64,000 nt of DNA from Myxococcales bacterium (GTDB lineage: Bacteria; Myxococcota_A; Polyangia; Polyangiales; JADJMO01), in contig JAEUKC010000105.1 in assembly GCA_016794445.1 (NCBI GenBank), positions 8,949-72,948 on the forward strand. Direction: 5' to 3'. The notes under the pieces were generated by a model. That model was given only the letters and a program-made list of their open reading frames with translations, was not told the origin of the DNA and did no database searches. Of this stretch, positions 49,122 to 60,239 are shown piece after piece. A program made the translations under genes and the position numbers. Each line of letters starts with the position of its first letter. Position 1 is the stretch's first letter.

Positions 49122-49391
49122 CAGCTCGGGCGTCACGCCGAGATCATGGGGCGCGTGCATCGAGTCTGCGGGCTCCGCGCACCTCGGCGCCTGCACCGGC
49201 GGCGAGGCGTTCGATGCGGACCCCCGGCCTGAACGCCGCGCCCCGATGCAGGCGCGCAACTTCACTGCGGCTCGTGCCGACGCCCGTGCGTGCCCACCTC
49301 GCTCCCCACTCCGCTCGCGCTGCGTTGCGCTCGATCACTCCCACCTCTGCTCCCTCGACACGCTCCGCCACGGCCGCCTAGCTTCGCGCGC

Positions 49392-51080
49392 ATGCGCGCC
49401 CTCGCCCTCGTCACCCTCGCCACGCTCGGTGCCTTCGGGTGCGCGGCCACGCCGAAGAAGCTCGCCCTTCCCGGACACGACGGGCCCCCGAAGGTCCGCG
49501 CGCTCGCCGAGCGCTGCGAGAAGGACGACGCCGAGGCCTGCGTGGTGCTCGGTACGCTGTTCCTCCTCGAGGACACCGGCGTGCAGCGCGATCTGGGCAA
49601 GGGCACCGCCCTGCTCGATCGCGCCTGCAAGCTCGGCGATCAGACCGGCTGCGGCATGTACGGCCTGCTCGGCATCGCGTTCCCCATCGGCCTCGATCGT
49701 GACCAGGCCCGAGCGCTCGTCGTCCGCGCCTGCGAGAAGGTCCCGATGATCTGCGTCGGGTGGGCCACGCTCGTCCTCGAGGGCAGGTTCGACGGCGCGG
49801 CCGATCCGGCCCGCGGGGTGAAGATCCTCGCGCGCGCGTGCGAGCACCCCGAGGGGGGCATGGCGTGCACCACGCTCGGCACCTTCTACAGCGAGGGCCG
49901 CTACGTGACGCAGGACGGTCCGCGGGCCCGCGAGCTCTACGAGCGCGCGTGCTCGCTGAAGGACGGCAAGGGCTGCAACTACCTCGGCGTCCTCTTCGAG
50001 GACGGCAAGGATGGCAAGAAGGACCGCAAGAAGGCCTACGCCCTGTTCGAGACCGCGTGCAAGCTCGGCGTGGCCTTTGGGTGCCTCAACCTCGGCTACG
50101 TGCAGCGGGACGAGACGGGGCCGAACGGCAAGGACGACAAGGCCGCCTTCCTCTCGATCGCCAAGGCCTGCGACCTCGGCCTCCCCAAGGCGTGCACCCA
50201 GCTCGGGTACCTGCTGAGCGGCGGGTACGGCGTCCCGGCCGACGAGGCCAAGGCGTTCCAGCTCTTCTCGCGGGCCTGCGACGCGAACGACGGCGAGGCG
50301 TGCCTCGAGAAGGGCACGCGCCTGCGCAAGGGCGTCGGCACCAAGGTCGACAAGACCGCGGCGCGGAAGGCGTACGAGAAGGGCTGCGCCCAGGGCGACG
50401 GCGTCGCGTGCACGTGGGCCGCGCAGCTGGCCGAGGACGGCGACGGCGGCCCCAGAGATCTCAGCGCGGCGCAGGACTTCGACCTGCGCGGCTGCCAGCT
50501 CGGGACGGGCGAGGGCTGCATGAGCGCCGGGCTGCGTCACCTGAACGGTTCAGGGGTGAAGAAGGACGAGAGCCGCGCCCGCGCCCTCTTCGACGAGGGG
50601 TGCACCAAGGGCGCCGCGAGCGCCTGCCGCGAGCTCGGCCGCGCCTTCCAGCAAGGGATCGGTGGTCCGAAGGACCCCACGAAGGGGCTCGCGCTGTTCG
50701 AGAAGGCGTGCGCCGCCGGCCACGCCCTCGCGTGCGTCGACGTGGGCGTCACGCACGAGGACGGCGCGATCGTCCCGCGCGACGTGGCCAAGGCCGCGAC
50801 GCTCTACGACAAGGCGTGTGAGGGGGGCAGTGGCATCGGCTGTCGCTTCCTCGCCAGCCTGCACTGGTCGGGCGCGCTCGGCACCGAGGACAAGACGCGC
50901 GCGGTCGGCCTCTACAAGCGAGGCTGCGCCGCGGGCGACGGCAAGGCCTGCTACTTCTACGCGAACGCGCTTGCCGGCGGCCAGGGGACCGCGCTCGACC
51001 CCGCCGGGGCGACCGCGGCGTACCGGAAGGCCTGCAAGGCGGGCGTCACGGAGGCCTGCAGCACCGGCGACGAGGATTGA
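49392..51080 (+). CDS. Sel1-like repeat (Hcp-type, disulfide-bridged) lipoprotein
   Basis: Lipobox AFG-C, then about 14 repeats of roughly 36 aa containing AC-x6-(G/A)C-xxLG. Confidence 0.88.
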   Translation: MRALALVTLATLGAFGCAATPKKLALPGHDGPPKVRALAERCEKDDAEACVVLGTLFLLEDTGVQRDLGKGTALLDRACKLGDQTGCGMYGLLGIAFPIGLDRDQARALVVRACEKVPMICVGWATLVLEGRFDGAADPARGVKILARACEHPEGGMACTTLGTFYSEGRYVTQDGPRARELYERACSLKDGKGCNYLGVLFEDGKDGKKDRKKAYALFETACKLGVAFGCLNLGYVQRDETGPNGKDDKAAFLSIAKACDLGLPKACTQLGYLLSGGYGVPADEAKAFQLFSRACDANDGEACLEKGTRLRKGVGTKVDKTAARKAYEKGCAQGDGVACTWAAQLAEDGDGGPRDLSAAQDFDLRGCQLGTGEGCMSAGLRHLNGSGVKKDESRARALFDEGCTKGAASACRELGRAFQQGIGGPKDPTKGLALFEKACAAGHALACVDVGVTHEDGAIVPRDVAKAATLYDKACEGGSGIGCRFLASLHWSGALGTEDKTRAVGLYKRGCAAGDGKACYFYANALAGGQGTALDPAGATAAYRKACKAGVTEACSTGDED

Positions 51081-51127
51081 CCCGTCCGGCGCTGGACTCC
51101 CTGCCGAGGGGTGGTAGTGACGCTTTC

Positions 51128-53923
51128 ATGAGGCACGCGTGGCTCGGGGTCGTGCTGCTGGGGTGCAGCTCCGAGACCGGCGAGCCGCCCGACGCCGGCG
51201 TCGACGCGAGCTCCGACGTCGCTCTCGACGTCCCCGTCGACGCGCCACCTCCCCCGGCGTGCGGCGACGAGCCCACCCTGCCGGCCGGCGTCACGAAGGT
51301 CGACGAACACGGGCTCACGATCGCCTGCGAGAAGACCACGCTCGGCGTCAGCGTGCTCGACGACGGGATCGTGCGCCTGAAGTACGGCAAGAGCCCCGAG
51401 CCGCTCGTCCCGGTCGAGCGACCGGTCGGTCCCGCGGTCGTCGCCGGCAAGCGCGGCTCGACGCTCGTCGTGTGCACCTCGACCTTCGAGGTCTCGATCG
51501 CCGCGAAGACCTGCGCGCTGACCGTGAAGGACGCGGCCGGGACGCTCCTCGAGGATCGCGACGGCTGGTTCGAGAAGGACGGCGCCGTCGGCGTGAGCCG
51601 CAAGCTCGCCCCGGGAGAGCGCGTCTACGGCCTCGGACAGCACACGACGAACCGCCTCGATCTGCGCGGGGCGAGCATCGATCTCTGGAACACCGACGCG
51701 TACGTCGACGCGCACAAGGGATATCCACCCGACGCCAAGAACCTCTATCAATCGATCCCGTTCTACGTCGCGCTGCGCGACGCCCGCGCGTACGGCGTGT
51801 TCACCCACGACACCCACCGGATGCACTTCGACGTCGGCACCACCGACGGTGAGCTGCGCGTCACGGGCACCGCGATGGATCAGTACCTGATCCCCGGCCC
51901 CGCCCTCCGCGAGGTCGTGCGTCGCTACGGGCGGCTCACCGGGCGCATGCCCATGCCCGCGCCGTGGACGCTCGGCTTCCACCAGTCGCGCTGGGAGGGT
52001 CCGTGCGACGGCGCGCCGAGCGACAAGCCGTTCTGCTCGGCGTCGCAGATCGTCGACCTGGCCAAGCGCCTCCGCGCCGAGAAGATCCCCGCCGACGGCG
52101 TGTTCCTCGACATCCAGCACATGCGCGGGTTCCGGACCTTCACCTTCGATCCGACGCGCTTCGCCGACCCGATCGATCTCACGAGCAAGCTCGCCGCCCT
52201 CGGGTTCCACACGCACGCCATCGTCGATCCGGGCCTCAAGGTCGACGACGGGTGGGACGTCTACCGGGCGGGGGTCGACGGCGGGTTCTACCTCTCCGAC
52301 GCGAGCGGCGCCCCGTTCCAGGGCGAGGTGTGGCCGGGCGCGGCGGTCTTCCCCGACTTCAGCGCGAAGAAGACCCGCGACTGGTGGGCGGGCCTCTGTC
52401 GGGGCATGGCCGACAAGGGCCTCTCGGGCCTGTGGATCGACATGAACGAGCCGTCGAACTTCGTCGGCGGCAGCGTGCCGAACTCTCTCGCGTGCGACGG
52501 CGACGGCCGCGCGACCACGATGGCCGAGCTGCACAACGCGTATGCCTACTACGAGGCCAAGGCCACCTACGAGGGGATGCGCGGCAAGCTCGAGCGACCG
52601 TTCCTCCTCTCGCGCGCCGCGTTCGCGGGCTCGCAGAAGTACACCGCCGTGTGGACCGGCGACGCGCCGAGCACCTGGTCGACGCTGCAGCTCACGTTGC
52701 CCATGCTCCTGCACCTCGGCCTCTCCGGGATGGCCTTCGCCGGCAGCGACGTCGGCGGGTACTCGGGTCGCGATGAGGCGACCGCGGAGCTGTTCTCGCG
52801 CTGGATGGCGCTCGGGTCGGTGTCGCCGTTCTTCCGCGCGCACGCCGAGAAGGACGCCAAGCGCCAGGAGCCGTGGTCGTTCGGCCCCGAGGCCGAGGAC
52901 GCGACGCGCGACCTCATCGGCGCCCGCTACGAGCGCATGCCGTATCTGTACTCGGTGTTCCACGAGGCGAGCGTGTCGGGCGCGCCCGTGCTGCGACCGC
53001 TGGTGTTCGAGTTCCAGGACGACCCGAAGGCCCAGGTCACGAGCGACGAGGCGATGGTCGGCCCGTTCCTGCTCGTCGCGCCCATCCTCGGCAAGGGCGA
53101 TCGCACGCGCGCGGTGTACCTGCCCGCGGGGACCTGGCTCGAGTGGTCGTCCGGCGCGCGCTTCTCCGGCACGGTGACGCTGAGCACCGACCCCGAGCCG
53201 TTCCCGCTCGACGCGCTCCCCACGTTCGTGCGCGAGGGCGCGATCGTGCCGCACACCGTCCGTCGTCTACACATGGGCGAGTCGCCGGACGCGGCGCTGT
53301 TCTTCGCCGTGTTCCCCGGCCCGAAGCCCAGCGCGTTCACCCTCTACGAGGACGACGGCGAAAAGAGCTCGGCCAAGACCACGCTCGCCCTCGAGCCCAC
53401 CGCCGACGGCGCGCGCTTCACGGCGAAGCGCTCGGGTACCTACGCGCCGAAGCACGAGAAGATCGTCGTGCGGCTCCGCGGAGCCGACGGCACGGTCACC
53501 GGCGTGAAGCTCGACGGCACACCCGTCAGCTTCACCCACCCCGATCGCGAGGTGCTCGTCGAGCTCTCCGACCGCGGTGAGTTCACCCTGGAGTTCGCGT
53601 ACGACAAGGCCCCCCAGCCCAACGGCACGGTGAAGATCCCCATCACGGTGAACGTGCCGGCCGGCACGCCGACGACGACCGCCATCCACGTCGCGAGCAG
53701 CGCCACCGCCTGGACCCACACCCCGCTCACCCGCACCGGCGACGTCGCCACGGGGACGCTCGAGGTCCCGCGCGCCGGCTGGTTCTTCTACAAGATCACC
53801 CGCGGCGCCTGGCCCACCGTCGAGAAGGACACGACCTGCGCCGAGCGGACCAATCGCCACGGCTTCGGCGCCCCCGGCGCGATCACCGTGAACGTGGCCG
53901 CCTGGGCCGACAAGTGCCCGTAG
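51128..53923 (+). CDS. Glycoside hydrolase family 31 (alpha-glucosidase-like) lipoprotein with C-terminal CBM20-like module
   Basis: Lipobox LLG-C. Motifs YGLG, GFHQSRW, nucleophile WIDMNEP, acid/base WTGD and PFFRAH. C-terminal ...YKITRGAWPTVEK...NR. Confidence 0.9.
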   Translation: MRHAWLGVVLLGCSSETGEPPDAGVDASSDVALDVPVDAPPPPACGDEPTLPAGVTKVDEHGLTIACEKTTLGVSVLDDGIVRLKYGKSPEPLVPVERPVGPAVVAGKRGSTLVVCTSTFEVSIAAKTCALTVKDAAGTLLEDRDGWFEKDGAVGVSRKLAPGERVYGLGQHTTNRLDLRGASIDLWNTDAYVDAHKGYPPDAKNLYQSIPFYVALRDARAYGVFTHDTHRMHFDVGTTDGELRVTGTAMDQYLIPGPALREVVRRYGRLTGRMPMPAPWTLGFHQSRWEGPCDGAPSDKPFCSASQIVDLAKRLRAEKIPADGVFLDIQHMRGFRTFTFDPTRFADPIDLTSKLAALGFHTHAIVDPGLKVDDGWDVYRAGVDGGFYLSDASGAPFQGEVWPGAAVFPDFSAKKTRDWWAGLCRGMADKGLSGLWIDMNEPSNFVGGSVPNSLACDGDGRATTMAELHNAYAYYEAKATYEGMRGKLERPFLLSRAAFAGSQKYTAVWTGDAPSTWSTLQLTLPMLLHLGLSGMAFAGSDVGGYSGRDEATAELFSRWMALGSVSPFFRAHAEKDAKRQEPWSFGPEAEDATRDLIGARYERMPYLYSVFHEASVSGAPVLRPLVFEFQDDPKAQVTSDEAMVGPFLLVAPILGKGDRTRAVYLPAGTWLEWSSGARFSGTVTLSTDPEPFPLDALPTFVREGAIVPHTVRRLHMGESPDAALFFAVFPGPKPSAFTLYEDDGEKSSAKTTLALEPTADGARFTAKRSGTYAPKHEKIVVRLRGADGTVTGVKLDGTPVSFTHPDREVLVELSDRGEFTLEFAYDKAPQPNGTVKIPITVNVPAGTPTTTAIHVASSATAWTHTPLTRTGDVATGTLEVPRAGWFFYKITRGAWPTVEKDTTCAERTNRHGFGAPGAITVNVAAWADKCP

Positions 53924-53965
53924 GGGCCGAGCTCGCTTCGACCTCCCACGCTGTCACGCTCTCGA

Positions 53966-55252
53966 CTACTCCTTCGGCCGCGAAGGCGGCGGCGGCGTCG
54001 GCAGCCGCGGCTCCGGCGTGCTGCTGCGCGGCGCGCTCACGGGCGGCGGCGTGGGGAGCCGCGAGCCGATCGGCGGCGTCATGCTGCGCGGCGACCCGAT
54101 CCCCGGCGTCCCCGTCCGCGCCGAGCCGATCGCCGGCGTCGTGGTGCGGGCCCCTGGCGGCACCGAGAGCCGGCTGCGCCGCGGCGGCTCCTCTCCCCGC
54201 GCGATCGCCGCCTCCTCGGCCTCGATCGCCTCGAGCGCGTGCAGCGACGCGACGAACAGCGAGAACGCCATCGGCCCGAGGATCACCCCGGGCAGGCCGA
54301 ACATGCCGACCCCGCCGATCAAGGCGACGAGGATCCACAGAAAATTCAGCTCGACGCTCGAGCGCATGAACAGCGGTCGCATGATGTTGTCGACCACCGT
54401 GACGGCGATGGCGATGATGCCCATGACGATCGCCGCCGTCGGGCGCCCGTGCAGGAACAGCCAGATGGTGGCGCCGATGGTGACCGGCGTCGTGCCGACG
54501 ACCGGCACGAACGAGAGGAAGAACGTGATGACCCCCCACACGAACGCGCGGGGCACGCCGAGCGCGAGCAGGGTGATGCTGGCGATCACCGCCTGCACCA
54601 TGCTCACGAGCACGTTGGCCACGAGCACGCTCTGGATGACCTCGGCCGCGATCTCGCGCAGGATCTCGCGCTCGCGCTCCCAGGGGATCAGCCGGGGCAG
54701 GATGCGCTCGCGCGCCGCCGGCCCCTCGACGGCGAGGAACAGCCAGGTGAGCACGATGACCGACACGTTGAAGAGCGCGTCCGGCGTGGCCGAGAGCACC
54801 GCGCCCAGCATGAGCCCGCCCTTGGTGGCCGCCTCGCCGAGCAGCGTGCGCCCCTTGGCGGTGATCTCGGCCGCGTCGAGCTCGACGCCGTGGGTCTTGC
54901 CCCAGGCGGTGAGCGCCACCGCCGCGTCGTGCAGCTTCTTGCCCCACTGCTCGGCGTTGCTCGTCGCGAGCAGGCGCGCGAGGTCGCGGATGGCGACGTA
55001 GAGCGCGGCCGCGAGCGGCACCATGAACACGAGGAACGCCGCGGTCACGAACAGGATGGCGAACAGCCACCGGAAGTTGGTGCGCCCCTCGCGGTGGAAG
55101 CGCCGGGCCATCGCGTCGATCGGCCGCTCGCTCACGTAGGCGAGCACCGCGCCCACGCTGAGCGGCACGAGCAGCTGCCAGACGACCAGGAACGAGATCG
55201 CGAGCGACCCGAAGAACAGCCAGGTGGCCGGGGTCTTCTTGGTGGTGGTCAA
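53966..55252 (-). CDS. AI-2E family transporter
   Basis: Multi-TM with FVPVVG, VDNIMRP and GLPGVILGP, followed by a Pro/Thr-rich tail. Confidence 0.88.
   Translation of the reverse strand: MTTTKKTPATWLFFGSLAISFLVVWQLLVPLSVGAVLAYVSERPIDAMARRFHREGRTNFRWLFAILFVTAAFLVFMVPLAAALYVAIRDLARLLATSNAEQWGKKLHDAAVALTAWGKTHGVELDAAEITAKGRTLLGEAATKGGLMLGAVLSATPDALFNVSVIVLTWLFLAVEGPAARERILPRLIPWEREREILREIAAEVIQSVLVANVLVSMVQAVIASITLLALGVPRAFVWGVITFFLSFVPVVGTTPVTIGATIWLFLHGRPTAAIVMGIIAIAVTVVDNIMRPLFMRSSVELNFLWILVALIGGVGMFGLPGVILGPMAFSLFVASLHALEAIEAEEAAIARGEEPPRRSRLSVPPGARTTTPAIGSARTGTPGIGSPRSMTPPIGSRLPTPPPVSAPRSSTPEPRLPTPPPPSRPKE
54062..54140 (-). repeat. Three imperfect 30-bp repeats encoding TPxIGS
   Basis: CGA(G/C)CCGATC(G/C)(G/C)CGGCGTC at 54062, 54092 and 54122. 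Confidence 0.75.
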
Positions 55253-55839
55253 GATCCGCTCACCTTTCGGTGGCCACCCGGCAGCCGCGAATCCCAGCAG
55301 GCGAAGCAGACGGGCAGGTAGCTCTCCTCGGCGCCGAGCTGCACCTGCGCGCCGTCGAGGGTGGGCTTGCCGGCGGCGAACCGCATGTTGAAGATCGCCT
55401 TCCGGTTGCAGAACTGGCAGGTCACCTTGACCTCTTCGATGGTGTCGGCGAGCTCGAGGAGGCGGCGCGCCCCCGGGAACAGCCGGGTGCGGAAATCGGT
55501 GCGCAGGCCGTAGCAGATGACCGGCACGCCGTGGGTGAGCGTGGCCGCGCGGAGCTGCTCGACGAGCGACTCCGAGAGGAACTGGGCCTCGTCCACGAGG
55601 ACGCAGTCGATGCCATCGAAGACGCCCGGCGCGAGCTCGGTGTCGGCGTCGACGAGGAGGTCGGCCTCCTGCTCGAGCCCGGCCCGCGACACGACCTTCT
55701 TCGCGCCGAAGCGGTCGTCGAGGCGGGGCTTGAGCACCAGCACGCGCTTGCCCTGCGCGCGATAGTTGTGCGCGACCGCGAGCAAGTTCAGGGTCTTGGC
55801 CGACCCCATGGTGCCGTGCCGGAAGTAGAGCTTCGCCAC
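55249..55839 (-). CDS. tdk: Thymidine kinase
   Basis: [30 protein letters not shown] and Zn ligands CQFC/CFAC. Confidence 0.93.
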   Translation of the reverse strand: MAKLYFRHGTMGSAKTLNLLAVAHNYRAQGKRVLVLKPRLDDRFGAKKVVSRAGLEQEADLLVDADTELAPGVFDGIDCVLVDEAQFLSESLVEQLRAATLTHGVPVICYGLRTDFRTRLFPGARRLLELADTIEEVKVTCQFCNRKAIFNMRFAAGKPTLDGAQVQLGAEESYLPVCFACWDSRLPGGHRKVSGS

Positions 55840-55912
55840 CCCCCCAAGGTCGGAAGGTCGGGAGCGAGCGTCAACGTGGATCTCACCGGGTTTCCTCCGT
55901 ATCCTTCCCTCG

Positions 55913-57988
<2,076 letters not shown>

Positions 57989-57998
57989 ACGCCGCGCT

Positions 57999-58058
57999 GT
58001 GTCACGAAGAGGGGTGTCACGAAGCGGGGTGTCACGAAGAGGGGTGTCACGAAGAGGG
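57999..58058 (+). repeat. Tandem repeat, 15 bp x4
   Basis: GTGTCACGAAG(A/C)GGG at 57999, 58014, 58029 and 58044, with no spacers. Confidence 0.92.
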
Positions 58059-58087
58059 GGGAGCAGCGCTCCCCTCTCTGCTTTCTT
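58053..58087 (+). terminator. Probable rho-independent terminator of prkA
   Basis: AGAGGGGGGAGC-AGC-GCTCCCCTCT hairpin followed by CTGCTTTCTT. Confidence 0.55.
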
Positions 58088-58185
58088 GCGTGCCGCGGCG
58101 CACGCCCGCGGCGTGGAGTTCTCAGCGTCCGCCTCGTTCGCTCATTTACGCTCGCGCAAAGGACCGCTACGTCCGCCGGCCACGC

Positions 58186-58479
58186 ATGGCTGACATCTCC
58201 ATCTCCCGCAACCACGCCCTCGGCAAGGACGTCGCCCGTCAGAAGGCCGAGAACCTCGCCACCAAGCTCCAGGACAAGCTCGGCATCGAATGGTCCTGGA
58301 AGTCCGACGCCATCCACTTCGAGGCCAAGGGCGGCGTCGCCAAGGGCGCCAAGGGCACCGTCGCGGTGACCGACTCCACCATCAAGGTCGAGGTCGGCCT
58401 CACGTTCGCCCTCAAGCTGATGAAGGGGACGATCGAGTCGAAGATCAACGAGAAGCTCGACGAAGCGCTCCGCAGCTAG
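58186..58479 (+). CDS. Polyhydroxyalkanoic-acid-system (PHA_gran_rgn-like) small protein
   Basis: MADISISRNHALG...EWSW...GAKGTV...IESKI pattern, 97 aa. Confidence 0.78.
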   Translation: MADISISRNHALGKDVARQKAENLATKLQDKLGIEWSWKSDAIHFEAKGGVAKGAKGTVAVTDSTIKVEVGLTFALKLMKGTIESKINEKLDEALRS

Positions 58480-58508
58480 CGTCGCAGCTCCGCCGGGTCG
58501 GCGCGCCT

Positions 58509-58877
58509 CTAGCGGCGCGCCTTGACGGCCTCGAGCTCCTTGAGGAGCGCGATGGCCGAGAACGGCTTCACGAAATACGTGGTCGCGCCGGCCTCGGTGG
58601 CCTTGCGGCGCGACTCGGCGTCGTCGAGCGCCGAGATGATGATGATGGGCATGTTCGCGGTCGCGGTGTGCGCGCGCAGGCGCCGGCACACCTCGAACCC
58701 GTCGAACGCCCCGGGCACCATCAGGTCGAGGATCGCCACGTCGGGGGCGCGCTGCAGCGCCTCGTCCACGGCCTTGACCCCCGTCGACACGCCGACGACC
58801 TCGAACCCACGCGCCTGCACGAGCGCGGAGATCATCCGTCGAATCGAGTCTTCGTCCTCCAGTACCAGGATGCGCAT
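58509..58877 (-). CDS. Single-domain response regulator
   Basis: Motifs LVLEDE, ILDLMVP (phospho-Asp), ISAL and KPF. Confidence 0.92.
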   Translation of the reverse strand: MRILVLEDEDSIRRMISALVQARGFEVVGVSTGVKAVDEALQRAPDVAILDLMVPGAFDGFEVCRRLRAHTATANMPIIIISALDDAESRRKATEAGATTYFVKPFSAIALLKELEAVKARR

Positions 58878-58883
58878 CGTGTT

Positions 58884-60239
58884 CTAGCCTTGGGCGGCTC
58901 CAGGCGTGGAAGGGACCACGACCGAGATACGCCTCTCCTCCACCTCTAGCCGAAGACCGTGCGCGCGAGCAATTTCCTGTAGAAATGCGTGCGCCGTCCG
59001 TCCGGCGTCGACCAGCGACGTGCCCGGGCCCGAGACCTCCACCACGAGCGCCGACCCGCGGACCAGGAGCCGGACCTCCCCGCGCGGCGCGCTCGATCGG
59101 AGGGCGCGGTCGAGCATCTCCGCCACCAACGCCCGCAGCGCCGCGGGCATGCCGGGCACGAGCAGTGGCTCGGCGGCTTCGGCCGGCGCCACGGTGAGCA
59201 GCACCGACCGCGAGGCGAACGCCACCGCGGCGAGCGCGGCCTCGTCCTGGGCGAGCACCGCGAGGTCGACCTCGAGGGGCCCGACGCCGCTGCCCACCTT
59301 GGCCATCTGGCGCGAGACCGCGAGCAGGTCGGCGCCGCGGGCCAGCGTGCGCTGCACCTCCTCGACCAGCGCGTCGCCGTTGCCGACGCGGAGCCGCGCG
59401 GCCCCGAGCGGCCCGAACACGGCGCGCAGGTCGTCGGCCATCGCCTCGGCGAGGCGGGCGGCGACCGCGAGCCCCTCGTACGGCGTCTCCCCCGCGAGCG
59501 GAGGCCGCGAGGCCAGCGAGGGCTCTTCGAACACCGCGGCGAGCTCGCGGGCGTAGGCCTCGCCCTGGGCCTTGGCGGCCTCGAGCTCGCGCCGGAGCGT
59601 GAGCACCTCGTTCGCGTCCTCGGCCTCGAGGGCGGGGAACACCAGGCACTCGCTGTTGCCATCGAGCTCGTAGCGGCCGCCGTAGCGGATCGACATCCGC
59701 GAGAGCCACGCGCGCTCGGCGGGCGAGATCGGCGCGGTGTCGGGCCCGAGCTCGACCGCGAGCCGCACGTCCTTGCCCTCGCGACGCACGGCCACCCCTT
59801 GCGGCGTGGCCCCACCCGCCGTGCCGCCGAGGAGCACGTTGAGCATGCGCCGCAGCTCGGCCTCTTCGCCGAACACCTCGGTGCCCGCGCCGGGCTCGAG
59901 CGAGACCCGCGCGCCGGGGGCGAGCTCCCAGAGCAGCGCTCCGAGGTCGATGCGCCCGCGCCGCGAGCGCGCGCCCGACGCTGGACCGGACAGCTCCGAA
60001 AGCCTCTGCATCGCCTCGTCGAGTGCGTTGAGCGTGGACTCGAGCCCCTCGGCCCCCTCCCCCGCGAGCGACAGGGTCAGCGGGCGCTCGGAGGCCGGCG
60101 CGCGGTCGCTCTTGGGCGCCGGCGGCTCCGGCGGCTGGGTTAGAATCTGCACGCCCTGACGCAGGCGATCCGCGGCCCCACGGGCCTCCTGGGTGAGGAG
60201 CCACGAGAGCTCTCTTCGGGTCAGACGATCGCTGCTCAT
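58884..60239 (-). CDS. Degenerate tandem histidine-kinase-like protein (pseudokinase)
   Basis: ATG overlaps the ligase stop. H-box-like LTQEARG and MADDLRA lack His. HATPase-like remnants IDLGALL, ELRRMLNVL, RYGGRYEL, ALRALVAEMLDRAL and AHGLRLEV. Confidence 0.6.
   Translation of the reverse strand: MSSDRLTRRELSWLLTQEARGAADRLRQGVQILTQPPEPPAPKSDRAPASERPLTLSLAGEGAEGLESTLNALDEAMQRLSELSGPASGARSRRGRIDLGALLWELAPGARVSLEPGAGTEVFGEEAELRRMLNVLLGGTAGGATPQGVAVRREGKDVRLAVELGPDTAPISPAERAWLSRMSIRYGGRYELDGNSECLVFPALEAEDANEVLTLRRELEAAKAQGEAYARELAAVFEEPSLASRPPLAGETPYEGLAVAARLAEAMADDLRAVFGPLGAARLRVGNGDALVEEVQRTLARGADLLAVSRQMAKVGSGVGPLEVDLAVLAQDEAALAAVAFASRSVLLTVAPAEAAEPLLVPGMPAALRALVAEMLDRALRSSAPRGEVRLLVRGSALVVEVSGPGTSLVDAGRTAHAFLQEIARAHGLRLEVEERRISVVVPSTPGAAQG

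Noticed and set aside
57999-58058. Repeat array as a possible mini-CRISPR
   Set aside because: Units are 15 bp and contiguous with no spacers, and there are no cas genes in the window.
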